DNA of 63,371 bases, counting the filler, from a bacterium (GTDB lineage Bacteria > JALSQH01), in NCBI GenBank assembly GCA_026985515.1. It is 8 parts of 8 records of this genome, joined end to end, with 100 filler letters (N's around TTAATTAATTAA, not from the genome) between each part and the next. Parts side by side here need not be neighbours in the genome. Positions count along the whole stretch, not along the records: positions 40,637 to 45,316 come from JALSQH010000049.1; positions 45,417 to 50,093 come from JALSQH010000050.1; positions 50,194 to 54,857 come from JALSQH010000052.1; 5 more parts are not named here. The stretch is one strand, 5' to 3'. Shown in pieces: positions 41,719 through 51,440 of this stretch (the stretch's first letter is position 1; each line of letters opens with the position of its first letter). A program made the translations under genes and the position numbers. Under the pieces are notes generated by a model. That model saw nothing but the letters and a program-made list of their open reading frames with translations, was not told the origin of the DNA and did no database searches.

Positions 41719-42492
41719 CTATTTTCCAAGCAAATCTGTCAACCTTACCTTTGTTACATCAGGGGGTAAATCAACATGAAAATCTTTCTCAGAAAAAGGC
41801 ACATTCAATTCAACAGATATATAATGAGTCTCGGTTTTCAAATGGTTTGGTTCCGATTCAAACCTGATTATGTAGGGGAAAAAGATACCTCCCACCTTTT
41901 TAATCGCATCCATCTCCTGGACCATTACAATTTTATTACCCCTTATCAATTCAACTCTTCTGGCAACAGGATAGCCCGGGTAGATATACATTCTTATCAA
42001 AGGCAAATTCGGATATTCCTTTTTAGGAATCAAATCAATAATGTACTTCTTAAACGACCAGAACCCCTTTACCCTGAGAGGTCCAACAGTGTAGAATTTC
42101 TTTTTTTCTCTGAGATTGTTCTTACCAGGTATTAAAGGTATTAACCCATTTGAGGAATTTCCCCTGCCAGTAGTATGCTCTGCATAGTAAAGGAGTTTGC
42201 TGTCAGGAAGATACCAGTAAAGTGTTCCCTTCCTGTCAATCCATAGAATATACTTTGTTGGATATGTATAAACTACCTTCACAATACCGGGAGTTTTTGC
42301 TATGTAAAATCCAGAATACCTGAATTCTCTATTTCTCAAAACGACAATCTGATCAACCTGAGCTCTTATGCTCTTTATCCTCTGAAAATTTGAAGAAACC
42401 TTTTCGAGAAGAGAAAGAGAATCCAGAGAAAATAGATTTGAACAAAGTAAAAAAATTACGAGAGCGAAAAATAAAAACTTTGCCTTTTTCAT
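41719..42492 (-). CDS. LolA-like outer-membrane lipoprotein carrier/sorting protein
   Basis: Signal peptide; G.YI.K.PG...V.Y..P, L.WY.P and terminal ELNVPFSEKDF..DLP.DV typical of the LolA-like fold. Confidence 0.65.
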   Translation of the reverse strand: MKKAKFLFFALVIFLLCSNLFSLDSLSLLEKVSSNFQRIKSIRAQVDQIVVLRNREFRYSGFYIAKTPGIVKVVYTYPTKYILWIDRKGTLYWYLPDSKLLYYAEHTTGRGNSSNGLIPLIPGKNNLREKKKFYTVGPLRVKGFWSFKKYIIDLIPKKEYPNLPLIRMYIYPGYPVARRVELIRGNKIVMVQEMDAIKKVGGIFFPYIIRFESEPNHLKTETHYISVELNVPFSEKDFHVDLPPDVTKVRLTDLLGK

Positions 42493-42536
42493 CACCGAAC
42501 TATTATACTTTTTTTACTTTTAATATCAATCCAATT

Positions 42537-45316
42537 TCATCTTTTAAAAACAACAGTAATTCCCCAGGGATATTCTCCACAATTTTTCCCGAAAATCTTC
42601 AGACCTCCACCATCAGAGGATAATCTAACTGTTATACTCTTTTTCTTTTCAATATCTCGCAAAATGTTTTCATCAAGTTCTATTTTCACAGGTAAGCCAT
42701 AAGAACCTGCCAGTCTCGGACAGTTCAGATATGAGAGAAAGCCTCTGGAATCTGCATATTCCCCCACTTCCATTGATTTTACATCGTGGCCATTTATACT
42801 GATTTTGACCCTGCTTCTTATCATATCATCAGATGTTTGCCTGCTTGCAATATCCTTTCCACCTGAGGAAATTTCCAGTAAAAGTTCTGCACGCTGGAAG
42901 CCGGACAATGAAGCGGTTACAGGAATTGTATATTCCACAAATCCCTTACCCTTTCCATAAAAGATTCCCTGCCCGGCATAATAACCTCCATCCCAGGAAA
43001 GATTGCTGTAACTGGATGGATCAAAAATTATTAGATCTCCGGATCCATCACCAGAGGAAATGAAATTTATGTAATTGGCTGCAACAAGATTACCCCTTTC
43101 ATCTTCTGCCTGAAAAACAACTGCTCCCGCTGTGGGAATTCTGGGTAGAGGGACGGGTATCTCCCCTATAAAAGTCAGGGAGTAGGGTTTGGTTTGAAAT
43201 TCGTATGGAACTGAAAAGCTTGAAACAATTTTATTTCCAAAAATATCCCATCCAGAAATCCTCACAAAAAGATAAAGTTCAGAGGAATCATCCTCCATAT
43301 TTGAAAAATAAACTGGTATTTTCACCACACTCCCTGCTGTAAATGTGGTAACCGGTGGATAATCAATCACAAGAAATCGGGGAGAATTGAGAACCTCCTC
43401 ATTGACTCCAAATTCTTCATAACCTGAGACCTTTCTCAAAAGATTATACTTCATCAAGCCGTTGTGCTCATATTCCACATCGGTTAACTGGGTGAAGACA
43501 TAACCCTGAATTTTGGGAAACATTCTCATCAGGTTTACCTGCCAGTGGAAGTACCACGACACATCAAGATTGCCGCTGTAAACATCTACACCGTTAAATT
43601 CACTGTTAATAAGAGGCTGACCTGCCTGACTGTACCCCGGAATCCAGATTGCAGTACTTCCTGGATAGGTGTTGCCTGTAATCCACTCAAGGTGTCTTTT
43701 CAGCTGATTATAATCTTTAATGTAAAAATGCCATGTCTGTATATCCGTATCCATATGATCAAAGGCTCCCAGCCCCCCCGCAGAAATATCCTCTACCGGA
43801 CGATCTGGATCCAGTGTCCTTGCGTACTGCACCACACTTTCAACCCACTCCTGAAGTTCTTTACTGTACCTTACCCTTTCCGGTCTGAGCAGACCCCAGT
43901 CCTCATTAAAAAGAACCCACCAGATAATTGAGGGATGATTTCTGTCTCTTTCAATTAGCCCGGAGAGAGTTTTAAGATAATTCTTCTGCCCAGCTGGATC
44001 TTCTCCATTGGCAAACATTTTCAGTGAGGGTATGTCATATATTACAAATAAACCAAGCTTATCGGCAAGATACAACTTGTAAGGGTCTGGTCCCTTTATG
44101 TGAATCCTTATTGCGTTAAAACCAAGAGCTTTAATGTATTTTAACTCGCTTTCCATGGTTGTTACAGAGGGATAAGTATAAATTCCCCAGGGATTATACC
44201 CCTGATCAAGAACTCCCCTTATGAAAACTGGTCTGCCATTTAGATAGATGTATTTGTACTGCTCACGAGGATTTGATGTATCTGCAGGAGAGTGACCCGG
44301 AGCCCAGTCTATCCTGATCTCCCTCACTCCAAAATATCCCCTGATTTTATCATATATCTTTCCACCACCTTCCAGAGACCATACGAAATGGTAAAGATGC
44401 GGATTATCCGGGGACCAGGGAATAAGATTCTCCAGAGTAAAAGAAGTAACCACTTCGCTTTCACCACCAGGAATAAACACTCCATCACATTTTTTTACAT
44501 ATTCACCTGATTCATCATACACCCTGATACATAACCTGTATTTACCCTCATCAGAAAGATTCCTCACCTTTCCAATAATGGTGATGTTTTCCGTCCTGAG
44601 TGAGGAAACAATCCTGTAATTTTCGAAATACACCCTACCCCTTGCCTCCAGCCACACGCTCTGCCAGATGCCACTGCTTGGTGTGTACCAGAAATCGCCC
44701 TGCTTTCCCACAGGAATCAATTCATCATCACTGCTACCGGGATCATACACTCTGACGACAATCACATTTTTGAAACCAGTGGGAAGTAAAAAATCTGTAA
44801 TATCAAGTGAAAAAGGGGTATATCCTCCCTCATGTGATCCAGCATACCTGCCATTTACCCATACATCTGCTTTCCAGTCAACTGCTCCAAAATTCAGAAA
44901 AACTCTCTTTCCTTTCTCCACCCAGGGGGGCGTGTAGAAATACCTCATGTACCACCCGATCTTATTCTTCTCCCTCACTGGAAGAAAAGGAATGGGATAA
45001 TCATCGATATCTTCTGGCATAGTTCCAAGTCCAGAAAGAGGACTCTGCCATGGAAAGGGAACAACTATTTTCTGAGAAAAAACTGATACATCGCTGAACC
45101 ATCTATCTTTTCTGCCAAGATCATAAGGATCAAACCTGAAGTACCAGTGTCCATTCAAATTGACCCATTCATCCCTCTGAAGGTCGGGTCTGGGAAATTC
45201 AGGTCTCGGAATCGCCATCTGGGGAAGTGTTTCCGGAAAGGTTTTGGAAGATTCTTTCCCACAATAAGGAAAAGCGAAGAGCAGAAAAAAAAGGAAAATG
45301 ACAAAATATTTTTTCA
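42537..45316 (-). CDS. Glycoside hydrolase family 2, predicted lipoprotein (first base of start codon cut by contig edge)
   Basis: PRPEFPRP, NLNG.W.F, FGAVD, HEGGYTPF, GIWQSVWLE, LDQGY, FNEDWG (acid/base), NSEF (nucleophile). Upstream frame is open: (M)KKYFVIFLFFLLFAFPYC. Confidence 0.9.
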
Positions 45317-45416
45317 NNNNNNNNNNNNNNNNNNNNNNNNNNNNNNNNNNNNNNNNNNNNTTAATTAATTAANNNNNNNNNNNNNNNNNNNNNNNNNNNN
45401 NNNNNNNNNNNNNNNN
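45317..45416. other. Artificial contig linker
   Basis: N run with TTAATTAATTAA. Confidence 0.98.
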
Positions 45417-47195
45417 GCCCTTGAGGGCGTGATTGCCTACAGCAAAAATGTCTCAGAGGAAGCAAAGAGGCTTGCAAAAATAGAGAAGGACCCTGTCAGG
45501 AAAGAAGAGCTTGAAGAAATCGCAAAGATAACTGCAAAAGTGCCAGAATTTCCAGCGGAAACACTCCATGAGGCTTTGAATTCTATATGGATTACATGGG
45601 TTGCACTTCACATGGAAAACACCAATGCAGGGTTATCTATAGGGAGGCTTGATCAGTGGTTGCAGCCATATTTTGAGGCGGATATGGAAAAATTGGAAAC
45701 GGAGGAGGAGAGAAAGGCGTATGTGAAAAGAGCAATTGAGTTAGTGGGAGATTTTTACATGAGATGCACTGATCATCTGCCCCTTGTTCAGGATCTGGGA
45801 AATTACCTTTTTGGTGGAAGCTCTTCTGATCAGGTTATTACTCTTGGTGGTACAACCCCTGATGGAAAAAATGCCGTAAATGACATGACCTACATTTTTT
45901 TGAAGGTAACTGAACTTTTAGGTATCAGGGATCCCAATGTAAATGCCCGTTACAATCCTGAAGTGAACTCAGACCAGTATCTCATAAGACTTGCAGAGGT
46001 TAATTTCATAACATCTGCAACACCCTCCCTCCACAATGACCTTATTATTTTCAAGGCTTTAAAACCCTTTGGATATCCTGAAGAGGATATGAGAGACTGG
46101 TCAGCCACAGGTTGTGTTGAGCCAACTCTCTCAGGAAGGCATTTCGGACACACAAATTCAATGATGATGAATATGGTTGCTGCTCTTGAGATGGCCCTTA
46201 ATAATGGCTACCATCCGCTGATGAGGTGGAAAGTGGGGCCTGATTCTGGTTCCATTGAGGATGGGGACTTCAAAACTTTTGACGACTTTTTTGAGGCTTT
46301 TAAAAAGCAGATGAAATTTCTCATTGATCAATCTGTTGAGTACAACAACCTCCTGGGACTTGCCCATCAGTATCTGCGTCCCACACCTCTTCTCTCTGCT
46401 TTGATACAGGATTCAATTAAAAAGGGTAAGGATGTCACAAAAGGTGGTGCAAGATACAACTCTTCAGGTGCAGCGTGCATAGGCCTTGCAGATATAACTG
46501 ATTCAATGATGGCAATCAAGAAGCTCGTCTTTGAAAAGAAGAAAGTTTCATTTAAGGAACTTAAGGAAGCCATAGACAGCAATTTTCAGAATAACCCGTC
46601 CCTTCATGCAATGATAATGACTGAGGTGCCATTATTTGGCTCTGGAAGTGAGGAAGCGGTTGAGATGGCAAACAGGATAGCAAGATTTGTAAGAGACACC
46701 TACTGGAACCATTTTAACTACCGTGGAGGGAGATACACCACAGGTTTCTGGTCAATGTCCAATCATGTGGCATTTGGTACATTCACCGGGGCACTTCCTT
46801 CTGGAAGACTTGCCGGGAAACCCTTCACCCCGGGTTTGACCCCTGAACCACATGCATCAAAGAGTCTCCTTGATAATATCAGGGATGTGGCGAAGCTTGA
46901 TCCTGAAACAGCCAACAACAACATAGCTTTTAATGTTAAAGTGGTCCCCGGAGCTTCAGATTCTTATGAAAAAATTATCAACACCATCTATTCCTATGCG
47001 AAGGCGTACTTCAGTCTGGGAGGGATGCAGATGCAGTTTAACATCGTTACTTCTGAGATGCTTCGTGATGCGATGGTTAATCCCCAGAATTACAGGAATC
47101 TGCTTGTCAGAATATCAGGTTACAATGCCTATTTTGTGACCCTTAACAGAGATATGCAACTGGAATTGATAGAGAGGGCAGAGTATAGAGGCTGA
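45417..47195 (+). CDS. Glycyl radical enzyme (PFL superfamily, single-Cys GCVEP type), 5' truncated
   Basis: SIGRLDQ, TGCVEP Cys loop, ALPSGR.AG.P, QMQFN, LLVRISGY glycyl radical motif. Confidence 0.93.
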   Translation, partial: ALEGVIAYSKNVSEEAKRLAKIEKDPVRKEELEEIAKITAKVPEFPAETLHEALNSIWITWVALHMENTNAGLSIGRLDQWLQPYFEADMEKLETEEERKAYVKRAIELVGDFYMRCTDHLPLVQDLGNYLFGGSSSDQVITLGGTTPDGKNAVNDMTYIFLKVTELLGIRDPNVNARYNPEVNSDQYLIRLAEVNFITSATPSLHNDLIIFKALKPFGYPEEDMRDWSATGCVEPTLSGRHFGHTNSMMMNMVAALEMALNNGYHPLMRWKVGPDSGSIEDGDFKTFDDFFEAFKKQMKFLIDQSVEYNNLLGLAHQYLRPTPLLSALIQDSIKKGKDVTKGGARYNSSGAACIGLADITDSMMAIKKLVFEKKKVSFKELKEAIDSNFQNNPSLHAMIMTEVPLFGSGSEEAVEMANRIARFVRDTYWNHFNYRGGRYTTGFWSMSNHVAFGTFTGALPSGRLAGKPFTPGLTPEPHASKSLLDNIRDVAKLDPETANNNIAFNVKVVPGASDSYEKIINTIYSYAKAYFSLGGMQMQFNIVTSEMLRDAMVNPQNYRNLLVRISGYNAYFVTLNRDMQLELIERAEYRG

Positions 47196-48109
47196 TGCCA
47201 GACAGAAAATTTCCACTTATAACTGAGATTAAAGGCAACTCCCTTGATGATGGGCCCGGGATAAGAAGTGTAATTTTTTTCAAAGGGTGTCCACTTAACT
47301 GTGTATGGTGTCAGAATCCTGAGACAAAAGATCCTGATTACGAATTATCCTTTGATCCTGAAAGATGTATTGGTGCCAGGGAATGCATAAAAGTGTGTCC
47401 TGAAAATGCCATAAGTCCTTCAAACAGGTACTATGTTGATAGAGGTCTCTGCACTCTCTGTGGAGAGTGCGTGAAAGTTTGTCCCTCAAAGGCTTTTGAA
47501 GTAGTGGGAAGATATATGGATGTGGAAGAAATTGTTGAAGAAGTGGTAAAAGATAAGCCATTCTTTGAGGTGTCTAACGGAGGTGTAACTCTTTCAGGGG
47601 GTGAACCTGCGCTTTTCCCCGAGTTTGCTGGTAGATTACTTTCAAGGTTGAAGGATGAGGGGATTCATACTCTGATAGAAACCAGTGGAATGTTTAATCT
47701 GAAAAAGTTTTTTGAACACATCTACCCATATCTTGACCTCATCTATATGGACATAAAAATTTTTGACAGAGAGTTGCACAGGAAATATACGGGTGTTTAC
47801 AATGATACAATTTTGAAAAATTTTGCAGTGTTAAACGGGAAATACCTTGAAGGTGGTGTTGAAATTTTGCCGAGAGTTCCACTGATACCGGGTATTACTG
47901 ATTCTGATGATAATCTGAGGCAAATTGCCAGTTTCCTTGTAAAGAACAGTGCGATGAAGGTGGAAGTGCTTCCCTATAATCCCACATGGGTCCCCAAGTT
48001 GTTTAAACTTGGAAGAGAATCAACATATACTAATGAAGTGTGGATGCCGCAGGAAAGAGTTGAGTATGCGAGAGAGATTTTTGAAGATGCAGGTCTGAGA
48101 GTTATTTGA
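47195..48109 (+). CDS. Glycyl-radical enzyme activating enzyme with ferredoxin-like insert
   Basis: DGPGIRSVIFFKGCPLNCVWCQNPE, CIGARECIKVCP / CTLCGECVKVCP, GGVTLSGGEP; 1-nt overlap with the GRE stop. Confidence 0.94.
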   Translation: MPDRKFPLITEIKGNSLDDGPGIRSVIFFKGCPLNCVWCQNPETKDPDYELSFDPERCIGARECIKVCPENAISPSNRYYVDRGLCTLCGECVKVCPSKAFEVVGRYMDVEEIVEEVVKDKPFFEVSNGGVTLSGGEPALFPEFAGRLLSRLKDEGIHTLIETSGMFNLKKFFEHIYPYLDLIYMDIKIFDRELHRKYTGVYNDTILKNFAVLNGKYLEGGVEILPRVPLIPGITDSDDNLRQIASFLVKNSAMKVEVLPYNPTWVPKLFKLGRESTYTNEVWMPQERVEYAREIFEDAGLRVI

Positions 48110-48143
48110 TCTGTCTTTAAATTGAGCAGGAGGAGCAGATAAA

Positions 48144-48977
48144 ATGGGAAAATGTATCTACTGTGGAAGGCCAGCAGGTTTTCTCAGAAGGTATCATAAG
48201 GAATGTAAGGAAAAGCATGATAGAGGTGTTGAAGAGATTAAGGAAAAAGTGAAAGATTTTTTTGAAAATGGGGGAGAAGGTGAAAAACTTTACGATGATG
48301 TGAAAAGTATTGCGAAAAATTCCTACATAAAGGAGGAGGAACTCAAGAAAATTTTGATTGAGGGGTGGAGGAACTCAGTGGAACTTGCCTTTGATGATGG
48401 TGTTCTCACCGAGGAAGAGGAGAAGAGATTGAAGGAAATGGTGAAATTTTTACACATTGATACTCCGGAGGTTCTCAACAGTAATGCGTATTCATATCTT
48501 GAGAAAGGAGCCGTTTTAAGATCACTTCTTGAGGGAAAACTCCCTGAAAATCTCCCTTCAAAGGCTGGCCTGCCATTCAATTTTCTCAAATCTGAAACAC
48601 TTCTCTGGGTGTTTGACAATGTGGAATATTACGAAAAAGTAACGCGTAAATCCTATGCAGGTGGTTACAGTGGATTCAGCATAAGAATTGCCAGAGGTCT
48701 CTACTGGAGAGTGGGGGGATTTAAGGGGAACCCCGTAGTAAAAACTGAGTTGCAGAAGATCGATGAAGGGATTATGGCTGTTACAACAAAGCATATATAT
48801 TTTGCCGGTTCAAGAAAAATTTTCAGGATCAGACTTGACAGAATTGTGGCCTTTGAGCCCTATTCAGATGGAATAGGTATTCAGAGAGATGCAAAAACAG
48901 CAAATCCCCAGTACTTCATAACCGGTGATGGATGGTTCACCTATAATCTGGTCAGAAATGCAACCAATGTTGTGTGA
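48144..48977 (+). CDS. Hypothetical protein (CxxC...HxxC N-terminus, DG.L..EE helical region, PH-like C-terminal domain)
   Basis: Strong AGGAGG RBS; 277-aa ORF; C-terminal G.S.RIA.G.Y.RVG...D.G...VT.K.IYF.G...RI pattern of a widespread uncharacterised family. Confidence 0.7.
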   Translation: MGKCIYCGRPAGFLRRYHKECKEKHDRGVEEIKEKVKDFFENGGEGEKLYDDVKSIAKNSYIKEEELKKILIEGWRNSVELAFDDGVLTEEEEKRLKEMVKFLHIDTPEVLNSNAYSYLEKGAVLRSLLEGKLPENLPSKAGLPFNFLKSETLLWVFDNVEYYEKVTRKSYAGGYSGFSIRIARGLYWRVGGFKGNPVVKTELQKIDEGIMAVTTKHIYFAGSRKIFRIRLDRIVAFEPYSDGIGIQRDAKTANPQYFITGDGWFTYNLVRNATNVV

Positions 48978-49104
48978 AAAAAATTTTCATTTTGCCCTTG
49001 CTTTTTATTTATTTTGTGTTACACTCAAAGTGTCCTCTGAGAGATGAGAGTTTTCCATGCTTTTATCTCCCACAGGATGAGAACTTATTTTTCAGGAGGT
49101 TAGA

Positions 49105-49377
49105 ATGCAAGGGAAGAAGCTGTATGTTGGTAACCTTAACTACTCGGTTACCAGTCAGGAACTGGAAGAACTCTTCGCAAACTATGGAGTCGTGGAGAGT
49201 GCCAATGTAATCGAGGGAAGAGGCTTTGGATTTGTGGAAATGTCCACAGTTGAAGAAGCGGAAAAGGCGAAAGAGGCTCTTAATGGGACCGAATTTGCTG
49301 GAAGAACTCTTCGTATTGATGAGGCCCATCCCAGAAGAAACAACAGAAGAGGTGGTGGTGGATATAGAAGGTACTGA
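49105..49377 (+). CDS. RRM (RNP-1) RNA-binding protein
   Basis: KLYVGNL (RNP2), RGFGFVEM (RNP1), Gly/Arg-rich tail; AGGAGG RBS. Confidence 0.95.
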   Translation: MQGKKLYVGNLNYSVTSQELEELFANYGVVESANVIEGRGFGFVEMSTVEEAEKAKEALNGTEFAGRTLRIDEAHPRRNNRRGGGGYRRY

Positions 49378-49400
49378 TTTTCTTCTCTCCATTGTCTTCG

Positions 49401-49431
49401 AAGGCCGACCCGAAAGGGTCGGCCTTTTTTT
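49401..49431 (+). terminator. Rho-independent terminator
   Basis: AAGGCCGACCC-GAAA-GGGTCGGCCTT followed by a T tract. Confidence 0.92.
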
Positions 49432-49830
49432 ATGTTTTAAATTTCTTTTCATTTACTTTCAAATCTTTCATAAATTATTTTTCGATTGAAAGGGTCACCG
49501 AGAACTTACACATTTGTTATTTTTTAGTAAATTTTTTAACATAGATCCATGAAAATTATCCCATATCTATATCTTCTCTTAAAATAATGTGTTGACTTTC
49601 TGTAACCAAGATTTGTCTTTTCTGTTTCCTTTCTTTAGTTTCTTGCTCCTCAGGTTATATCCAAGTTTTCTGGGGCGCCATTGTCATTTAAACAGGTAAA
49701 CTCCTCATGTAAATCTTATTAATAGGTGGTAAGTATCTAAAGTGACATCTGTATTTGGTGATTACGCACCCCCCTTTTGCTCAAAATTAAATCTTACTTT
49801 ACTTGTTTTTTATCCATATGTTCCTCCATT

Positions 49831-50093
49831 TTATAGTTTGCCCCATTTGATATGCTTGTGTAGATTCTTTTTTATCTCTTCTATTCTTTCCTCTATTTCC
49901 TTGAAACTCAATTCTTTTTTTATCTTTTTCAGTCTTTCTTTTACTTCTTCCGGTATACTTTCATCTTCTATTAGCCTCATATACGGAGTTTTGGTTTCAT
50001 GTTTTCTTATGTACCTCTTTCCTATCCTTTGTTTATCCACCACTTTCATCGTCGGGATGAAGAAATTATATTTCAATTCCAGCCAGTAGTACA
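49831..50093 (-). mobile_element. 3' end of an integrase-core (DDE) IS transposase
   Basis: YNFFIPTMK...K.R.G....RK....TPY.RL matches the C-terminus of integrase-core transposases; lies at a contig end; more AT-rich than neighbours. Confidence 0.72.
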
Positions 50094-50193
50094 NNNNNNN
50101 NNNNNNNNNNNNNNNNNNNNNNNNNNNNNNNNNNNNNTTAATTAATTAANNNNNNNNNNNNNNNNNNNNNNNNNNNNNNNNNNNNNNNNNNNN
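50094..50193. other. Artificial contig linker
   Basis: N run with TTAATTAATTAA. Confidence 0.98.
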
Positions 50194-50357
50194 AGTTTGT
50201 TTCTGTTGTTGTCACCATAATTTTTGCAGCAATTCTTACTTTTATTCTCGCCTATGTTGCTAAGGCGATAACCAGAGGCTGGAGAGTTGATGAGGATATG
50301 GAGACAATGGGCCTTGATCAATCAACCCATGGAGAGCGTGGTTTTCAGCTCTACTGA
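50194..50357 (+). CDS. amtB: Ammonium transporter, C-terminal fragment
   Basis: Not in the ORF track. Translates FVSVVVTIIFAAILTFILAYVAKAITRGWRVDEDMETMGLDQSTHGERGFQLY*, i.e. the last TM helix plus the RV...E..GLD...HGE Amt tail. Confidence 0.88.
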
Positions 50358-51440
50358 TTAGAATGGAATTGTGCATTGGGTGGTGGAGAGATGATAATTG
50401 GAGGAATTTCTCCACCATCCACCCTTTATGCTGAAGTTCTCATATCTGACAAAGTCCAGTGTTTCGCCATCAGGGGTTCTTATCCTTATTTCAGAATAAT
50501 CTTTCAGATTCCCCGGAGGATCACCTATGACGATTAAATTTTGATCTTCTGATATTCTCGTATATTTTGATGAAGGAGTGATACCGGTACTGGTGCAGTC
50601 ATTGTTGCACAGTGAGAGATAGAAGCTGATCTTTTTGTCCTCACATCTGTTTTCAAGGAGAATAAACTGGTCATAGGAATTTACCGTTCCGTAACCATAT
50701 GTTGAATCAAAGGGGATTCTATTTCCGCCTTTTGAATCATTCCAGTCGTGAACTGGATCAATGCATAACTCTCTTATGAAAAGACATGGCAGGTGATATG
50801 TTATTTTAACTTCTGATGTCATGCTCTTACCATATATATCGGTAAGTTCTGCTGGTATTGTGACTTCTGACCCATAAAAGGTAATTATGTTATTATCAAT
50901 TTTAACCTTTCTCTTTTTAAAAAGCTTTTCAGCACTCTGTTGCAGCAGGGGTTTGTTAAAAATAATTGTGTAGTGTTCCGGGATAAAGGGACATCTGTTA
51001 CAGGGGAGAATCTCTTCTATTTTGAGATGATCATATGTGTGAGCGTTACCCATTGTGTACTTGAATGTGAATATGTTGCTTCCAGTGCTTTCGTCTGGAA
51101 AGAGGATGATAACTGGTGATGGCCGTATTGATATTTCAAGATTTTTACCTTTTATGGGAGAGCGAAACCTGAGAATTCCAGTTCTTTTATTAAGTTTAAT
51201 TTTCAAAATTGATTTTTCCAGTTCACTTTTGAATGTTACAGAGACAAAGTTGACATTCTCCGCCTCATATTTGAATGAAAAAATTGTATCAATTGCAAGT
51301 GACCGTGTAACCTGACCAGGAAAAAGTGGAGTAATCCTGAGTGACTGTTCATAGAAATTATGGGTAAAATTTTCTTCGCTGTGACCACAACCTATGAGAA
51401 AAACCAGTAAAAGATGGAAAATTACTTTTCTTCCTTCCAT
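50358..51440 (-). CDS. Hypothetical lipoprotein (possible Ig-like and lamin-tail-like domains)
   Basis: Lipobox LIGC; IIFNKPL Ig-like segment; I.E..IDP..DWND..GG...PFD...DQFI.LEN resembles lamin-tail domains. Confidence 0.55.
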   Translation of the reverse strand: MEGRKVIFHLLLVFLIGCGHSEENFTHNFYEQSLRITPLFPGQVTRSLAIDTIFSFKYEAENVNFVSVTFKSELEKSILKIKLNKRTGILRFRSPIKGKNLEISIRPSPVIILFPDESTGSNIFTFKYTMGNAHTYDHLKIEEILPCNRCPFIPEHYTIIFNKPLLQQSAEKLFKKRKVKIDNNIITFYGSEVTIPAELTDIYGKSMTSEVKITYHLPCLFIRELCIDPVHDWNDSKGGNRIPFDSTYGYGTVNSYDQFILLENRCEDKKISFYLSLCNNDCTSTGITPSSKYTRISEDQNLIVIGDPPGNLKDYSEIRIRTPDGETLDFVRYENFSIKGGWWRNSSNYHLSTTQCTIPF

